DNA of 63,975 bases, filler included, from Octopus bimaculoides (GCF_001194135.2; 8 parts of 8 records of this genome joined end to end with filler, not necessarily neighbours in it), one strand, 5' to 3'; shown: positions 24,838 to 36,240, counted from the first letter of the whole stretch. Notes: generated by a model not told the origin, from the sequence alone. Numbers and translations are program-made.

Positions 24838-25237
24838 CTGAAATTCAGAATCAATAACACAAGCCAATAAACAGTAGTGATTATACAACTACAACAGGAA
24901 ATTTCAATAATAATCAAATCTAACATTGGCACAAGATTACATATATTAGTAAAGGAGGGCTACTGTATATTAAATGATCCCAAAGTAAGCCTGGCATTTA
25001 CTGTACCAATCATGTCACAAAGAAATAACAGACAAATTCATGATGTGATTAGCACTAAATATATAAAGTGAATGAAACTAAATACTTTAACCTTTTTGAC
25101 ACCAATCCACCTGAGACCACCCCCAGTTCTAAGATACAAACTTGGTGTTTTAAAGTGATTTAAGTTAAAATCTTCCATCAAAATTTCATGTTAATTTATG
25201 TTCCAAACAAAGATTAATAAGCTCCAATCACTCACTG

Positions 25238-25308
<71 letters not shown>

Positions 25309-25495
25309 ACACACACACACAAGTATACACACAAAACATTATTCATTGTTGTATGAGTACTACATATTTAGGTGGAAATTGTGAACTGAAGATAATATCC
25401 GTAGTTTCCAAATCTTCAACTAAATCTTAAATTAAAAGTGACTTGATATTGAGAGTAACTTGAATCTAACCAAGTAAAAACTAAGTCATACCCAC

Positions 25496-25654
25496 CATTC
25501 TCTAAAGCCTTCTGTATCTGCTGCTTGCTTGGGCCTTCATGCTTTCCAGTCAATGCATCATATTTCCATAGTAACATCTTTTTATGTGCTTCAAGATTGG
25601 AAACAGACAGCTTACACAACATTGTTTCAAGAAGTTCTAGGATGACAGCAGATT
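25496..25654 (-). CDS. Upstream phase 1-1 exon of the same unidentified gene
   Basis: TTCTTCTTTTCCTCTAG acceptor, G|GTGGGT donor; xSAVILELLETMLCKLSVSNLEAHKKMLLWKYDALTGKHEGPSKQQIQKALEN; joins the next exon in frame (g+at = Asp). Confidence 0.7.
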
Positions 25655-25734
25655 CTAGAGGAAAAGAAGAATTTAAATATAAGTATACAGACAGGGAAAC
25701 AGATAATCAGAAAAAATGTATAATTCATCATTAT

Positions 25735-25950
25735 GATCATTTAGCATCCATTTTCCATGCTAGCATGAGTAAAATGGTTTGACTGGGACTGATGAGCCAG
25801 AGAGCTGCATCAGGCTCCCATCTGTTTCAGCTTGGTTTTTTATGACTGGATGCCCCTCCTAATGCCAACTACTTCACAGTGTATACTGTGTACCTTTTAT
25901 GCGTCACCAGCATGAGTACCTTTTACATGTCACCAGCAAGGGTGCCTTTT
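25735..25950 (-). mobile_element. RTE-type tail repeat
   Basis: TTTTCCATGCTAGCATGAG...GACTGGATGCCCCTCCTAATGCCAAC...GTGCCTTTT. Confidence 0.65.
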
Positions 25951-26159
25951 GAATAAATAAATAAATAAATAAAAACAGGCCTATAAGCTTTTCATTTCAT
26001 TTCATTTGTTATTTATTTCACTTTATGCAACAATTTTATCTCCAATTTCCCACAGATCAGATGCTTTCTCAAAATCATACATTTCACTGTACACACACAC
26101 ACACACGCACACACACAACACACACACACACACACACAACACACACACACATATATATA

Positions 26160-26335
26160 TATAGTACCATTTCTGTATTTTCATCCTTGTTTTCATATAC
26201 ATTCGCTTGCTTTCTTCCAAAGAATCTAGTGCTCTTAGCTGTGAACCAGTGTACTCTATAAGTAGACAGCTCTATTATGTTGTGATCCGAGACCAATGTC
26301 GGTGTCACTTTCACATCATGAATGATGTCCATATT
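26160..26335 (-). mobile_element. LINE APE-endonuclease C-terminal fragment
   Basis: MDIIHDVKVTPTLVSDHNIIEL contains the SDH motif typical of APE-type endonucleases; short and isolated. Confidence 0.4.
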
Positions 26336-26446
26336 ATATATATACATAATATATATATATATATATATATACATAATATATGTATATAATACATAATATA
26401 TGTAATATATATATATACATAATATATGTAATATACATAATATATG

Positions 26447-26483
<37 letters not shown>

Positions 26484-26635
26484 TGTGTGCAATTATAACA
26501 TGCGTTTTCTCCANNNNNNNNNNNNNNNNNNNNNNNNNNNNNNNNNNNNNNNNNNNNTTAATTAATTAANNNNNNNNNNNNNNNNNNNNNNNNNNNNNNN
26601 NNNNNNNNNNNNNATATATATATATATATATAACA

Positions 26636-26761
26636 GAAAACAAGACCAAAGCAGGGTAAGTATCTCAGGTCATTTAGAATATTTAATTAGAGTAGGTGAA
26701 TCACCTCTAATTATATATTCTAATTGACCTGAGATACTCGTCCTACCTTGGTTTTGCTTTC
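26636..26761. repeat. Near-perfect palindrome (fold-back end of a repeat, possibly Penelope-like)
   Basis: AGTATCTCAGGTCATTTAGAATATTTAATTAGA...GGTGA-A-TCACC TCTAATTATATATTCTAATTGACCTGAGATACT; 31/33 paired plus a central GGTGA/TCACC stem. Confidence 0.85.
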
Positions 26762-26917
26762 CGTTTCCTTTAATACATACCTACTGACTCGGAGCCTATT
26801 ACGGATCCCTAGCTCCACCTTCAGCTGTGAACATGGAACCTAACGGATGACTAATTACAGCACTTACGCAGCGTACCTTCTGGTTTAGATCATCAGTTAA
26901 CTAAACCCCTCATATTC

Positions 26918-26946
<29 letters not shown>

Positions 26947-26952
<6 letters not shown>

Positions 26953-27048
26953 AGTGAAAATGGCACTCCCTTTCCCACGTGACAAAGTGATATGAGTTAG
27001 CTCCTATAAAGTCAGACAGTCAGTCGTTGTAGACGTCAGTAGTAGTAG
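26947..27048 (+). mobile_element. Putative left part of a Gypsy 5' LTR with TATA and Inr-like motifs
   Basis: Starts TGTTG (inverse of CAACA at 28833-28837); TATAAAG at 27005; TCAGT at 27036, 31 nt downstream. Confidence 0.45.
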
Positions 27049-27183
27049 TAGAATTTTTGAGTTAGTATTGTGACTTTGATTGAAGAAAGCGTTGCGGTGA
27101 GTCGGAGTTTTTGTTGTTGTTAAAGAATATTGTTGAACTTTGTTGAATAATTTTGTAAATTGTTGTAATATCCAGTACTGGGT

Positions 27184-28125
27184 ATGAATACAGCAAGTTA
27201 CGCTGCGGCTGCAGGCAAAAGCCTGTCTGGCAACGCTATGGATATGACGGAAATTAAAATGGTCATGAAGAAAATTTTAAACCACAAAAAATTAATTGTG
27301 AAAGAAGGAGATTGCCTTAGAGTGACGCCCCCAAAAGAGGACATGCAGCGTGCAGAGAAAAGAATTATAGTGTACACAACAATAAATGTGGAAAGAAGGA
27401 AGATTGAAATAGCAGCGACGGAAGAAATAGAAGAGTGTCTTAGCCAAGTAAAGGATATGACAACCTTCTATTCTAGAGGAAGGAAATTCGGCACAGTAGA
27501 GGTTCGTTTAAGAAATGAGGAAGATGCGAAAAGGCACTCCACGGTGGCCTTAAGAACTGAAAAGTGGGCACTCTTGCCAACTTACTGCAGGAAACGTGCC
27601 GCGAGAGTAAGAATAGGCAGAGTGCCCCCAGGGATCAACGAAGAATGGCTGGTGGCAGACATCATTTTCAGTTGTAAGGAAGAGGTGGAAGTGGTGAAGG
27701 TGGAGAAGTCGAAAGAGATTAACTGGTGGGGATTTGGATTAGAAGTCCTAATCCATGTATTCCTACCGGATTTGTACAACATCGCGGAGGAGCTGGTGCT
27801 CCCCGATGAAACACGACTAAAATTTGTGGTGGAGGGGAGACCCCCAATATGTTACCAATGCAAAAATAGGGGACACATGCAGGCAAGGTGTCCCCAAAGA
27901 GAAGTACACAAAGAGGAGACAGAAAGAAGCAGCGAGGCAGAGGTGGAGGAGGTGGAAGAAAGGGAAGAGGAAGTTGCAGTTGACAGGAAAAGGTTGAGGG
28001 TGGTGTCACCACCCAAAATCCCAAAAAAAGAGGAAAGCAGGAAAGGCGGAAAAAAAAATATTGGTGGACGAAACGGAAGAGATTGGGTTTCGAACTACAG
28101 AACCGGAGACCACAACAAGTGGTGA
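27184..28125 (+). CDS. LINE ORF1p-like nucleic acid-binding protein (RRM-like region + CCHC zinc knuckle)
   Basis: Intact 313-aa ORF; VRIGRVPP RRM-like segment; VVEGRPPICYQCKNRGHMQARCP (CX2CX4HX4C), typical of Tx1/L1-clade ORF1 and ZCCHC3-like proteins; acidic tail. Confidence 0.8.
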   Translation: MNTASYAAAAGKSLSGNAMDMTEIKMVMKKILNHKKLIVKEGDCLRVTPPKEDMQRAEKRIIVYTTINVERRKIEIAATEEIEECLSQVKDMTTFYSRGRKFGTVEVRLRNEEDAKRHSTVALRTEKWALLPTYCRKRAARVRIGRVPPGINEEWLVADIIFSCKEEVEVVKVEKSKEINWWGFGLEVLIHVFLPDLYNIAEELVLPDETRLKFVVEGRPPICYQCKNRGHMQARCPQREVHKEETERSSEAEVEEVEEREEEVAVDRKRLRVVSPPKIPKKEESRKGGKKNIGGRNGRDWVSNYRTGDHNKW

Positions 28126-28366
28126 AATAGATAGAACGACGGAAACTGATGATTGGGTGGAGAAAATGTTTGCGCAAGCACAGGCAGAGAGAGCAGAACG
28201 ACAGGGAAGACGGAACCGAAGAAGGATAATGTATTATAAAAAAGATAATGAATTGGAGAAGAAGTTGGCAAAAATGAAAGGGCTGATTAGAGTGAAATTG
28301 AACTCGGATTCACCAGATTTGAACGCTGTGCTGTTGGAGGCCGAAAGAATAAAAAAAACTGTATAG
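28061..28366 (+). pseudogene. Probable frameshifted C-terminus of ORF1p
   Basis: The +1 frame opens at the A9 run 28050-28058; removing one A fuses it to ORF1 (GKKILVDETEE...AERIKKTV*), about 393 aa in total. Confidence 0.5.
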
Positions 28367-28660
28367 ATTGTTTCCTAAGTTAATTACTAGGTCACAAGAA
28401 ATTTTTCGTTACGAGAACCTCCCTAGTGTAGTTACTAGGGAGGGTCTAGGCGAATATAAAACTGATAAGTGAGAACGATAAGAAAACGTATACAAGAACA
28501 GTAAAATGGAACTGCGAGTTTTGGGGGACTCGTAAGCCATTCCACTTTTCATTTCAAATAATCCATTTTTCATCATTCGCTATATGTACCCCACGTTTTG
28601 TGTTGTCTGTTCTTGTAGTGTCCCCCTCTGTGTTATGGCCGTAGTGCCAAATAAAGAAAG

Positions 28661-28853
28661 CAGTGGTAGTAGAGTAGTTGTACGAATTCTCAGTTGGTGT
28701 CAGCGTCAGTTACGTGTTATATACGAGTTCGAGTTACCGTCAAGGTAGATGTTTCAAAGTTATTGCTTTGTGGAGCTATCAGCGATAAGCACGATAGACG
28801 AGTCAAAGATAATAAGACGCCGAATACCGCCGCAACATAATAGTGGCGACAAG
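28661..28853 (+). mobile_element. Gypsy 5' LTR right part and primer-binding site
   Basis: Ends CGCAACA at 28837, followed by TGGCGACAAG at 28844 (PBS-like), directly upstream of gag. Confidence 0.6.
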
Positions 28854-29019
28854 AATATTACAGTGCTGACAATAAAATATAAGTAGACGGGGGCAACGAG
28901 GTTATAAACAATTCACGCAGACAACGTTTAAAAATAAAAATTTTGTTTTTCACGAGAAAATAAGCAATTCACGCGGACGACGTTAAGAAAATAAATCATG
29001 CGGAGGAAGTTTTTTAAAA

Positions 29020-30790
29020 ATGCACGCAGAGAAATTAACAACTCGACAGAGGAGTAACAAACGTTTTGTTATACATACTTTACGAAAAATCCGTAAAATT
29101 AGGGAAAACTTGTTGGCAGGTTTAGCTGAGTTGCAAAAACAGCAACAACAACAACTCGAAGAACAACAGGAACAACAAGTGTTACAACAACAAATGCTAC
29201 AACTAAGGACGTTGGTAACAAAACCCGAAGATACGTTTTCGCCAGACCATATTGCAAATTCAATAAATTAAAATTTGACCCGGAAGAAGGAGTCACCTTC
29301 GAGGCATGTAATGGAAGATTTTAACAAATTTTCGAAAAAGAAATAAAGGCTGGACAGACGAAATGAAAACGCATCTAATTCTGAGGAAACTGACGATGAT
29401 AGAGCATAGGAAATACTGTAACTTTATATTGCCTAAAATATTTCTGACATAAATTTCCCAGACACAATTCACATTTTATGTAAGATGTTCAGTGAAAAAA
29501 CATCGTTATTCAACACACGTTGAAAGTGTTTGAACACTGAGAAAAGCGATGACGAAGAATTTACTACATATGCGCGGATAGAGTGAACAGTGAGTGCGAG
29601 AGGTTTAAACTGGATAAACTAACTCCAGACTCGTTCAAGTGCTTAATTTTTGTTCAGGAGCTTATTGCTAAAAAGGACATAAAAGTCAGAATGAAAATTC
29701 TCGCAAAGCTGGAAATGAACCTGGATATAACTCTCCAGAAATTGGGAGACGAGTGCTATGTCATATTAAAAGTAAGGCAGGCATTGTTTACAGATAAAAC
29801 CAGTGTGGCAGAGTCGGAAAACGGATAAAGTGTTTCACAAAAAACATGATATACAATAGGAGATAAACCCATGTATGGCATGCGGTGATAGGCACTTGAG
29901 AAAAGAGTGTCCGTTCAAAAGAGCATAGCGTTTTCGTTGTGGGAACAGAACACACATTAAATCGCACTGCAGAACTAAGAAGACGAAAATTTGGACCAAA
30001 CGAGAAAAAAGAATATTTGTCATCAGAGGGAAAAGTTTGTACAACGAACAGAAATTTTACCAAAGTGAGAATCGAAACCACTAGTGTCAAAATGCAATTA
30101 GACACGGGTAGCGACATCACTATCATAAATGAAGAAACATGGTGACAAATCGGTAAGCCGAAATGATTTGAATCAAACAAAGTAGCATACTGGAAAGAAA
30201 TTATATTTCATCAGCGAATGTATTTGGAATGTAAATTTTTGAGGTGAAACGAAAAGAACAATCATTTATATGTTGAAAAAATCACAAAGCCTATTTGGTA
30301 AAGAATGCACGAAATTATTTAAAATGTGGGACGCACCATTAGTGTTCTCTTTGAAAATGTAGTCGGCACGGTTAAAAGTTCGAAAGAAGTCGAACAGCTG
30401 AGACGTAAAATTTTAAAAATTGTTTCCAAATGTTTTTTTTTTTTAGAAGGATTAGGCTGTTGCACTAAAACAAAAGCGAGGGTCGCGGTAAAAAAAAAAA
30501 AAGGCAACACCTCTTTTTAGGCCCAGACGAAACGTGCCAAATGCGGCGTTAAACCACGTCAATAAAGAACTGGAGGAACTAGAAAGTCTAGATATACTTG
30601 AAAAAGTCGACCATTCAGACTGGGCAGCTCCGACAGTTTATGTGAAAAAGAACACAATAATAAATTAAGAGTGTGTGCGGACTGTTCAGCCGAACACAAT
30701 TATCCATTACCAAGCCCAGAAGTGTTCTCCAAACTAAATGGAGGAAAAATTTTCTCGAAGCTAGACCTCTCGGAGGCCTATCTACAGGTG
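29020..30790 (+). mobile_element. Decayed Gypsy/Ty3 (Mag-like) gag-pol, 3'-truncated
   Basis: gag remnants FDPEEGVTFEA, VNSECERFKLDKLTPDSFKCLIFVQ and knuckle CMACGDRH...CPFK; protease QLDTGSDITII (30101); RT DWAAPTVYVKK, RVCAD, YPLPSPE.FSKLNGGKIFSKLDLSEAYLQV; many stops and frameshifts; no RNase H, integrase or 3' LTR seen. Confidence 0.88.
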
Positions 30791-31110
30791 CAGGCGAGGC
30801 TGCGTAGTAAGAAGTATGCTTCCGTCACATTGTTCCAGGTTCAGTACCATTCCATGGCACCTTAGGCAAGTGTCTTCTATAGTGTCGCGCCGACCAAAAC
30901 CTTGTGTATGGATTTGGTAGACGAAAACTGTAAGTGTGTGTGTGTGTGTGTGCGTGTATGTGTGCGCGCACGCGCTTTGTGTCTGTGTTTGTTGATGCTT
31001 TTACGCCCACGGAACTGAGCGGTTTGTCAAAAGCAACCAATAGAATAAGTATCAGGCTTTACAAAAAAACTAGTACCAGTGTCGATTTCTTCGACTAAGA
31101 TCATTCAAGT
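30790..31110 (+). mobile_element. SINE family A inserted in the Gypsy RT
   Basis: GGCTGCGTAGTAAGAAG...GGTTCAGTACCA...GGCAAGTGTCTTCTA...GATTTGGTAGACGAAAACTG begins right after LDLSEAYLQV. Confidence 0.75.
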
Positions 31111-31137
31111 AAAAGATAAAAGATATAGTCATATATA

Positions 31138-31177
<40 letters not shown>

Positions 31178-31452
31178 TATATGTGTGTGTGTGTGTGTGT
31201 GCACATGAATTAGTGTGTGTGATTGCACATATGTGTGTGTGAATACATACTCATGCTTCTATACATACAAATATGCGTGCGTGTTTATATATGTTTGTAT
31301 ATAATTAATTGCAAATATGTGCACATCCCTTGCTGATGCCCATACACAAACACATATGCCAACATAACTATACACTGTGTTGTGTATAGGTATTCACACA
31401 CACACACACATACAAACACACACACACACACACGCATACATACATACATGTA

Positions 31453-31489
<37 letters not shown>

Positions 31490-32026
31490 NNNNNNNNNNN
31501 NNNNNNNNNNNNNNNNNNNNNNNNNNNNNNNNNNNNNNNNNNNNNNNNNNNNNNNNNNNNNNNNNNNNNNNNNNNNNNNNNNNNNNNNNNNNNNNNNNNN
31601 NNNNNNNNNNNNNNNNNNNNNNNNNNNNNNNNNNNNNNNNNNNNNNNNNNNNNNNNNNNNNNNNNNNNNNNNNNNNNNNNNNNNNNNNNNNNNNNNNNNN
31701 NNNNNNNNNNNNNNNNNNNNNNNNNNNNNNNNTATATATATAATTATAAAATCTGGTAATTAATCATATATTAATTAATATCGATTAATTATCAGGAGGC
31801 CAGCACATCTAAAGAATCAAAGAGATTCAGAAATATTATCTGCAATCTCAGGGGATTAAGGTACATTTTAAAAAATAACGTCGACCACTAACGTGGACAA
31901 TTAATGCGCTAGAAATAGATCACATCTTGTGTCTATTAAGACCTAAATTGTTCTCAACATGAAATATAGCAGCATACCAAAACGTGAGCGGGCAAGACAT
32001 TTAAAATCACCTAAAAAAGCATTCTT

Positions 32027-32092
32027 AAACAGGAACCGGTTTCGGATTTAACAAATTCTTACCATTTGTCTATTCCTCTTCAGCCTGATTTG
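32027..32092 (-). ncRNA. Type I hammerhead ribozyme motif with palindromic stem III (Penelope-like)
   Basis: Minus strand AAA-T-CAGG-CTGAAGA-GGA ATA GACAAAT GGTAAGA ATTTGTT AAA TCC-GAAA-CCGG-TT-CCTG-TTT: full core, stems I and II pair, predicted GUU cleavage after 32034. Confidence 0.75.
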
Positions 32093-32987
32093 TAATGTAA
32101 CCGCAATCATCAGAATCGTATATATATATAGTTCAAACGAACACTTGTTCTTCAAAGAATTAAGCAAAAATCTTTAGCTAACCTAACGGACAATAGCAAT
32201 AATCCGAACTTAATGCATTTTAAACCGACCCATCCAAAAAGAATTCCTTGCTCAGGAATATTCACTCCACAAAACACAAAAAGAGCCCCGAGTACAACAC
32301 ATACATGTGCGCACTCACACATGCACGCACGTTTACAAACGCACACACATTATCATTAATTAATTTGAGATATCTTCTACAAGTGTCATCAAAATCACCC
32401 AATCATAAATCACCCAAAACACCGAATACAAAATACTCTGTACATTATGGTTTCTAGTTAGTTCTACGTTTAAATTCACTCGCAAAAGATTCCCTAATCA
32501 TGACCGAAAATCAATATATGTAAGCGCATTACGATTCTTATAAAAATGTGAATAACATACCATAATAATAATCGAAATAACAAATTCAAATCACTATTTA
32601 CTCATCGACAAACACAAGGGAAGTAAATAGTACGCCTCAAAAAAAATAAAAAAGCTAGAGCAAATTTACAGCTAATCAGCAAACGTAAAAAGCAAACCAA
32701 TAAACAAAAATGAGCACATGACGACATCCACAACGACGAATATATATACAGTATAGCATCAAACCGAGTTCTAACAGTTCTCACCTAAAGATTGTTGTGA
32801 CATGAAACACGAGTCGCGATATATACATTCAACTTCAACAAACATATATACTCTGCAACATTTATTGAACACTCCTCTCGCATTCATTTGACACAATTCG
32901 ACGTTCGTATACACACACACATGCATACACACACGCGCGCACACACACACTCAGACATACACACACACACATATCTCTTTTACTATT

Positions 32988-33445
<458 letters not shown>

Positions 33446-33882
33446 TATATATATATATCTTGAATTAAAACTTGCACCTCAGTACGCACACAGCTGTTCT
33501 CAACGAAACAAATTCCTACAGTCATTTCCTATTAATTACAGTCGAATTTATTTATTTTCATACATAACGTTATTCATATTTCCACTCACATTTCCATCCG
33601 CTATTGAATCAGAACCATCCACATAACAATTCACTCCGACACCACATAGTATTTGCCTGCGGCCATTTAATCAGATTTCATTCTCATTATTATTTAACAA
33701 CACTTCATTGTATACTCAGCCACTCACTCGCTCACTAAAATACTTTGTTTCCTCATCTCATAGCTTTGCATCCACAACACAAAACGAAAGTAACCATACG
33801 CACGTATATCACCCCAATAAACCACCACTATCCATTCGACCCTCAAACCAATCACTAACTCATCCTTCCCCCTCTCTCTCCT

Positions 33883-33925
<43 letters not shown>

Positions 33926-34173
33926 ATCACTACTCTCTTAATTCCTCAGATTAGAAACTCACAAAAGTATTCACTTCATCTGAAGAATTGCAAGGTGAAA
34001 CACACAGTACTGGTACATATTTGATCTTTCCTACTTCCGGGAAAATATATTGTTTTAAACAAATGTTGGGTTCTTTATTTGTAGCGTTATATGAGCACAA
34101 CACTGAAACTTTCATATACATTCATACTTATACACACACAGATACACACACTCACACAAACATGCATAAACTG

Positions 34174-34269
<96 letters not shown>

Positions 34270-34456
34270 GTGGGTGCAAGGCGATCTTTACAGTCCTTAG
34301 AGCGTCGGAAAAGATTGCATACAGTATTAGTTTCGACTCCCTTTGTGTTCAAATCCTGCCGAGATCATTTTTACCTTCCAGATTTTGGAATCGATAATTA
34401 AAATACCAGTCAAGTACTGGATAGCTTCTTCTCCTCCCACTGTCTGTCTGTCTATT

Positions 34457-34503
<47 letters not shown>

Positions 34504-34682
34504 CTTTCATACACACACACACACACACACACAGAACCATTTCTCTCAAGAAGAGATCAACTTTATTCAAACCTGAAGAGGTTATAAGCTCTGCCAGTAA
34601 AATAAAATAACCTAGACACCCTTATGTCACAACAGAGCCCCAAAGACTCCATCAGAAATTGAGGGCGTCACCACCTCCAGCA

Positions 34683-34722
<40 letters not shown>

Positions 34723-34968
34723 GAGAGAGAGCAAAACACTGTAGATTTAAGTGAGTAGTAGATGTACGTTTGTATGTATGATTTTGTGTGACAGCGCATT
34801 TGGGTTTCTCTCTGTGATTCTTTGCGTGCGGGTGTGTATGCATGTGAATGTGAATAAGAATGCAGTTATGAAGTGCTGGCAGATGCGCGCGTTTCGTGCG
34901 TGTAACTGTATTTGGATTTCTGTGTGTGATTCTGCGTTTGTGATTCTGCGTGTGTGATTCTGCATGTC

Positions 34969-34999
<31 letters not shown>

Positions 35000-35414
35000 T
35001 TAATCCTATTGCGCCACAAGCATAACTTGGTAAAGGAAGAATCAGCCAAATTATCTGGAAATAAATCAGAATCTGGAGAAAGAAATCCGCTTATCTTTCC
35101 AACTAAGAATAGCGAAAGTATTCCTTTCACTACAGTACTGATGTTGTTGTCATGCACTAATTAATAAGTAATGCTAGTTCCTATGTTAGTGAGTTCCTGT
35201 GGCTAAAATATATAAATTGATTAATTATTCAATTAAAAAGAAAAAGGCGAAACAAAATTTTAGAAGAGAATCTTAATACGAAAAAAGATTCCATTAAATT
35301 CTTTATGAAACGCACTGACAAATTTAATATGCTCTAAAATCCATATTTTGTATTAATGATGATCGCTGTACTAAGTTTAATCGTGTTTTTGGTTTAATCA
35401 TGTCCATAACCTGT

Positions 35415-35530
35415 GATGGTGCGTGTCCTGGTGGTTAGGATGTTGCTCTGGTGGTCGAAGGTTCGATTCCCGGACCGGGTGGTGTGTTGTGCTCTTGAAC
35501 AAAACATTTCATTTTACGTTGCTCTAGTGC
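35415..35530 (+). mobile_element. SINE family C-like head
   Basis: TGGTGGTTAGG A box, GGTTCGATTCCCGG B box, then GTGTTGTGCTCTTGAACAAAACATTTCATTTTACGTTGCTC. Confidence 0.6.
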
Positions 35531-35879
35531 TGGGGGAAACGGCATGCCAAAGAATAGAGCCAACGTTTCTTCTGTATGTCACAAAAGGTGGGGTAGTTTT
35601 TGAACTCCTACCTCATAAAACACTCACCAGCAGCGACTAACTAGTCGGACTTCTGGGTTGTAGGGTTGTCGCCTGAGTGCAGAGAAATCATCCGTCAGGA
35701 GTAGAAAATCACCGACAAATGCTGAATGCAGCGACGCGTTCCCCTCCTCTTCTTCCATAGTTTAATCAATCTCCAAACGAAAGTACAAAAAGAACGGAAA
35801 GGAACAGAGGGCTGTGTGTGCTTATGGGTGGGTTTGTACTTGCGTGTGTTTGTGCGTGTGTGTGTACTCCTTTGCTTTG

Positions 35880-36240
35880 CTCTTTTAATTGCTTCAGTCA
35901 TTAAACTGAGGCCATCCTAAAGCACCGGCTTCAAAGGGTTAGTTGAACACATCGACCGCAGTACTTATTTTTCAGTCTGGTACTAACTTAATCTATCCGT
36001 AAACAAACCAACACCGATTGATTGTCCAAGCAGTGAAGAGACAAACACAAATACAAACGCAATGACAGAAACACACACACACACACACACAGATATGCAT
36101 ATTTATATATAAACACGACGGGATTCTATACACTTTCCATCAACCTAATTCACTCACAAGCTTTAGTTTGTTTATGACTCTAATAGGAAACACGTCCAAT
36201 ATAGCGCGTAGTGAAACCAGCTGCTTAGAAAGCGATCTTC
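35880..36240 (-). mobile_element. SINE family A, decayed
   Basis: TGCTTCAGTCATTAAACTGAGGCCAT...ACGACGGGATTCTATAC...AATTCACTCACAAG. Confidence 0.6.

Larger units (their letters stand above)
27049..28660 (+). mobile_element. ORF1-only Tx1/L1-type non-LTR element (HAL1-like)
   Basis: 5' UTR + ORF1 + ~290-nt 3' region ending AATAAAGAAAG; no EN or RT coding; flanked by CAGTAGTAGTAG / CAGTGGTAGTAG. Confidence 0.55.

Noticed and set aside
26023-26085. EMYDFEKASDLWEIGDKIVA* as an upstream exon of the - strand gene
   Set aside because: Ends in a stop with no convincing in-phase donor; the acceptor context is a TG microsatellite.
26860-26910. CTGATGA on the - strand as a hammerhead (also 19605, 20318, 25790, 33980, 39826)
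   Set aside because: No correctly placed GAAA, or no stem I/II pairing.
32008-32047. Plus-strand decayed hammerhead reading
   Set aside because: Superseded by the much better minus-strand motif at 32027-32092.
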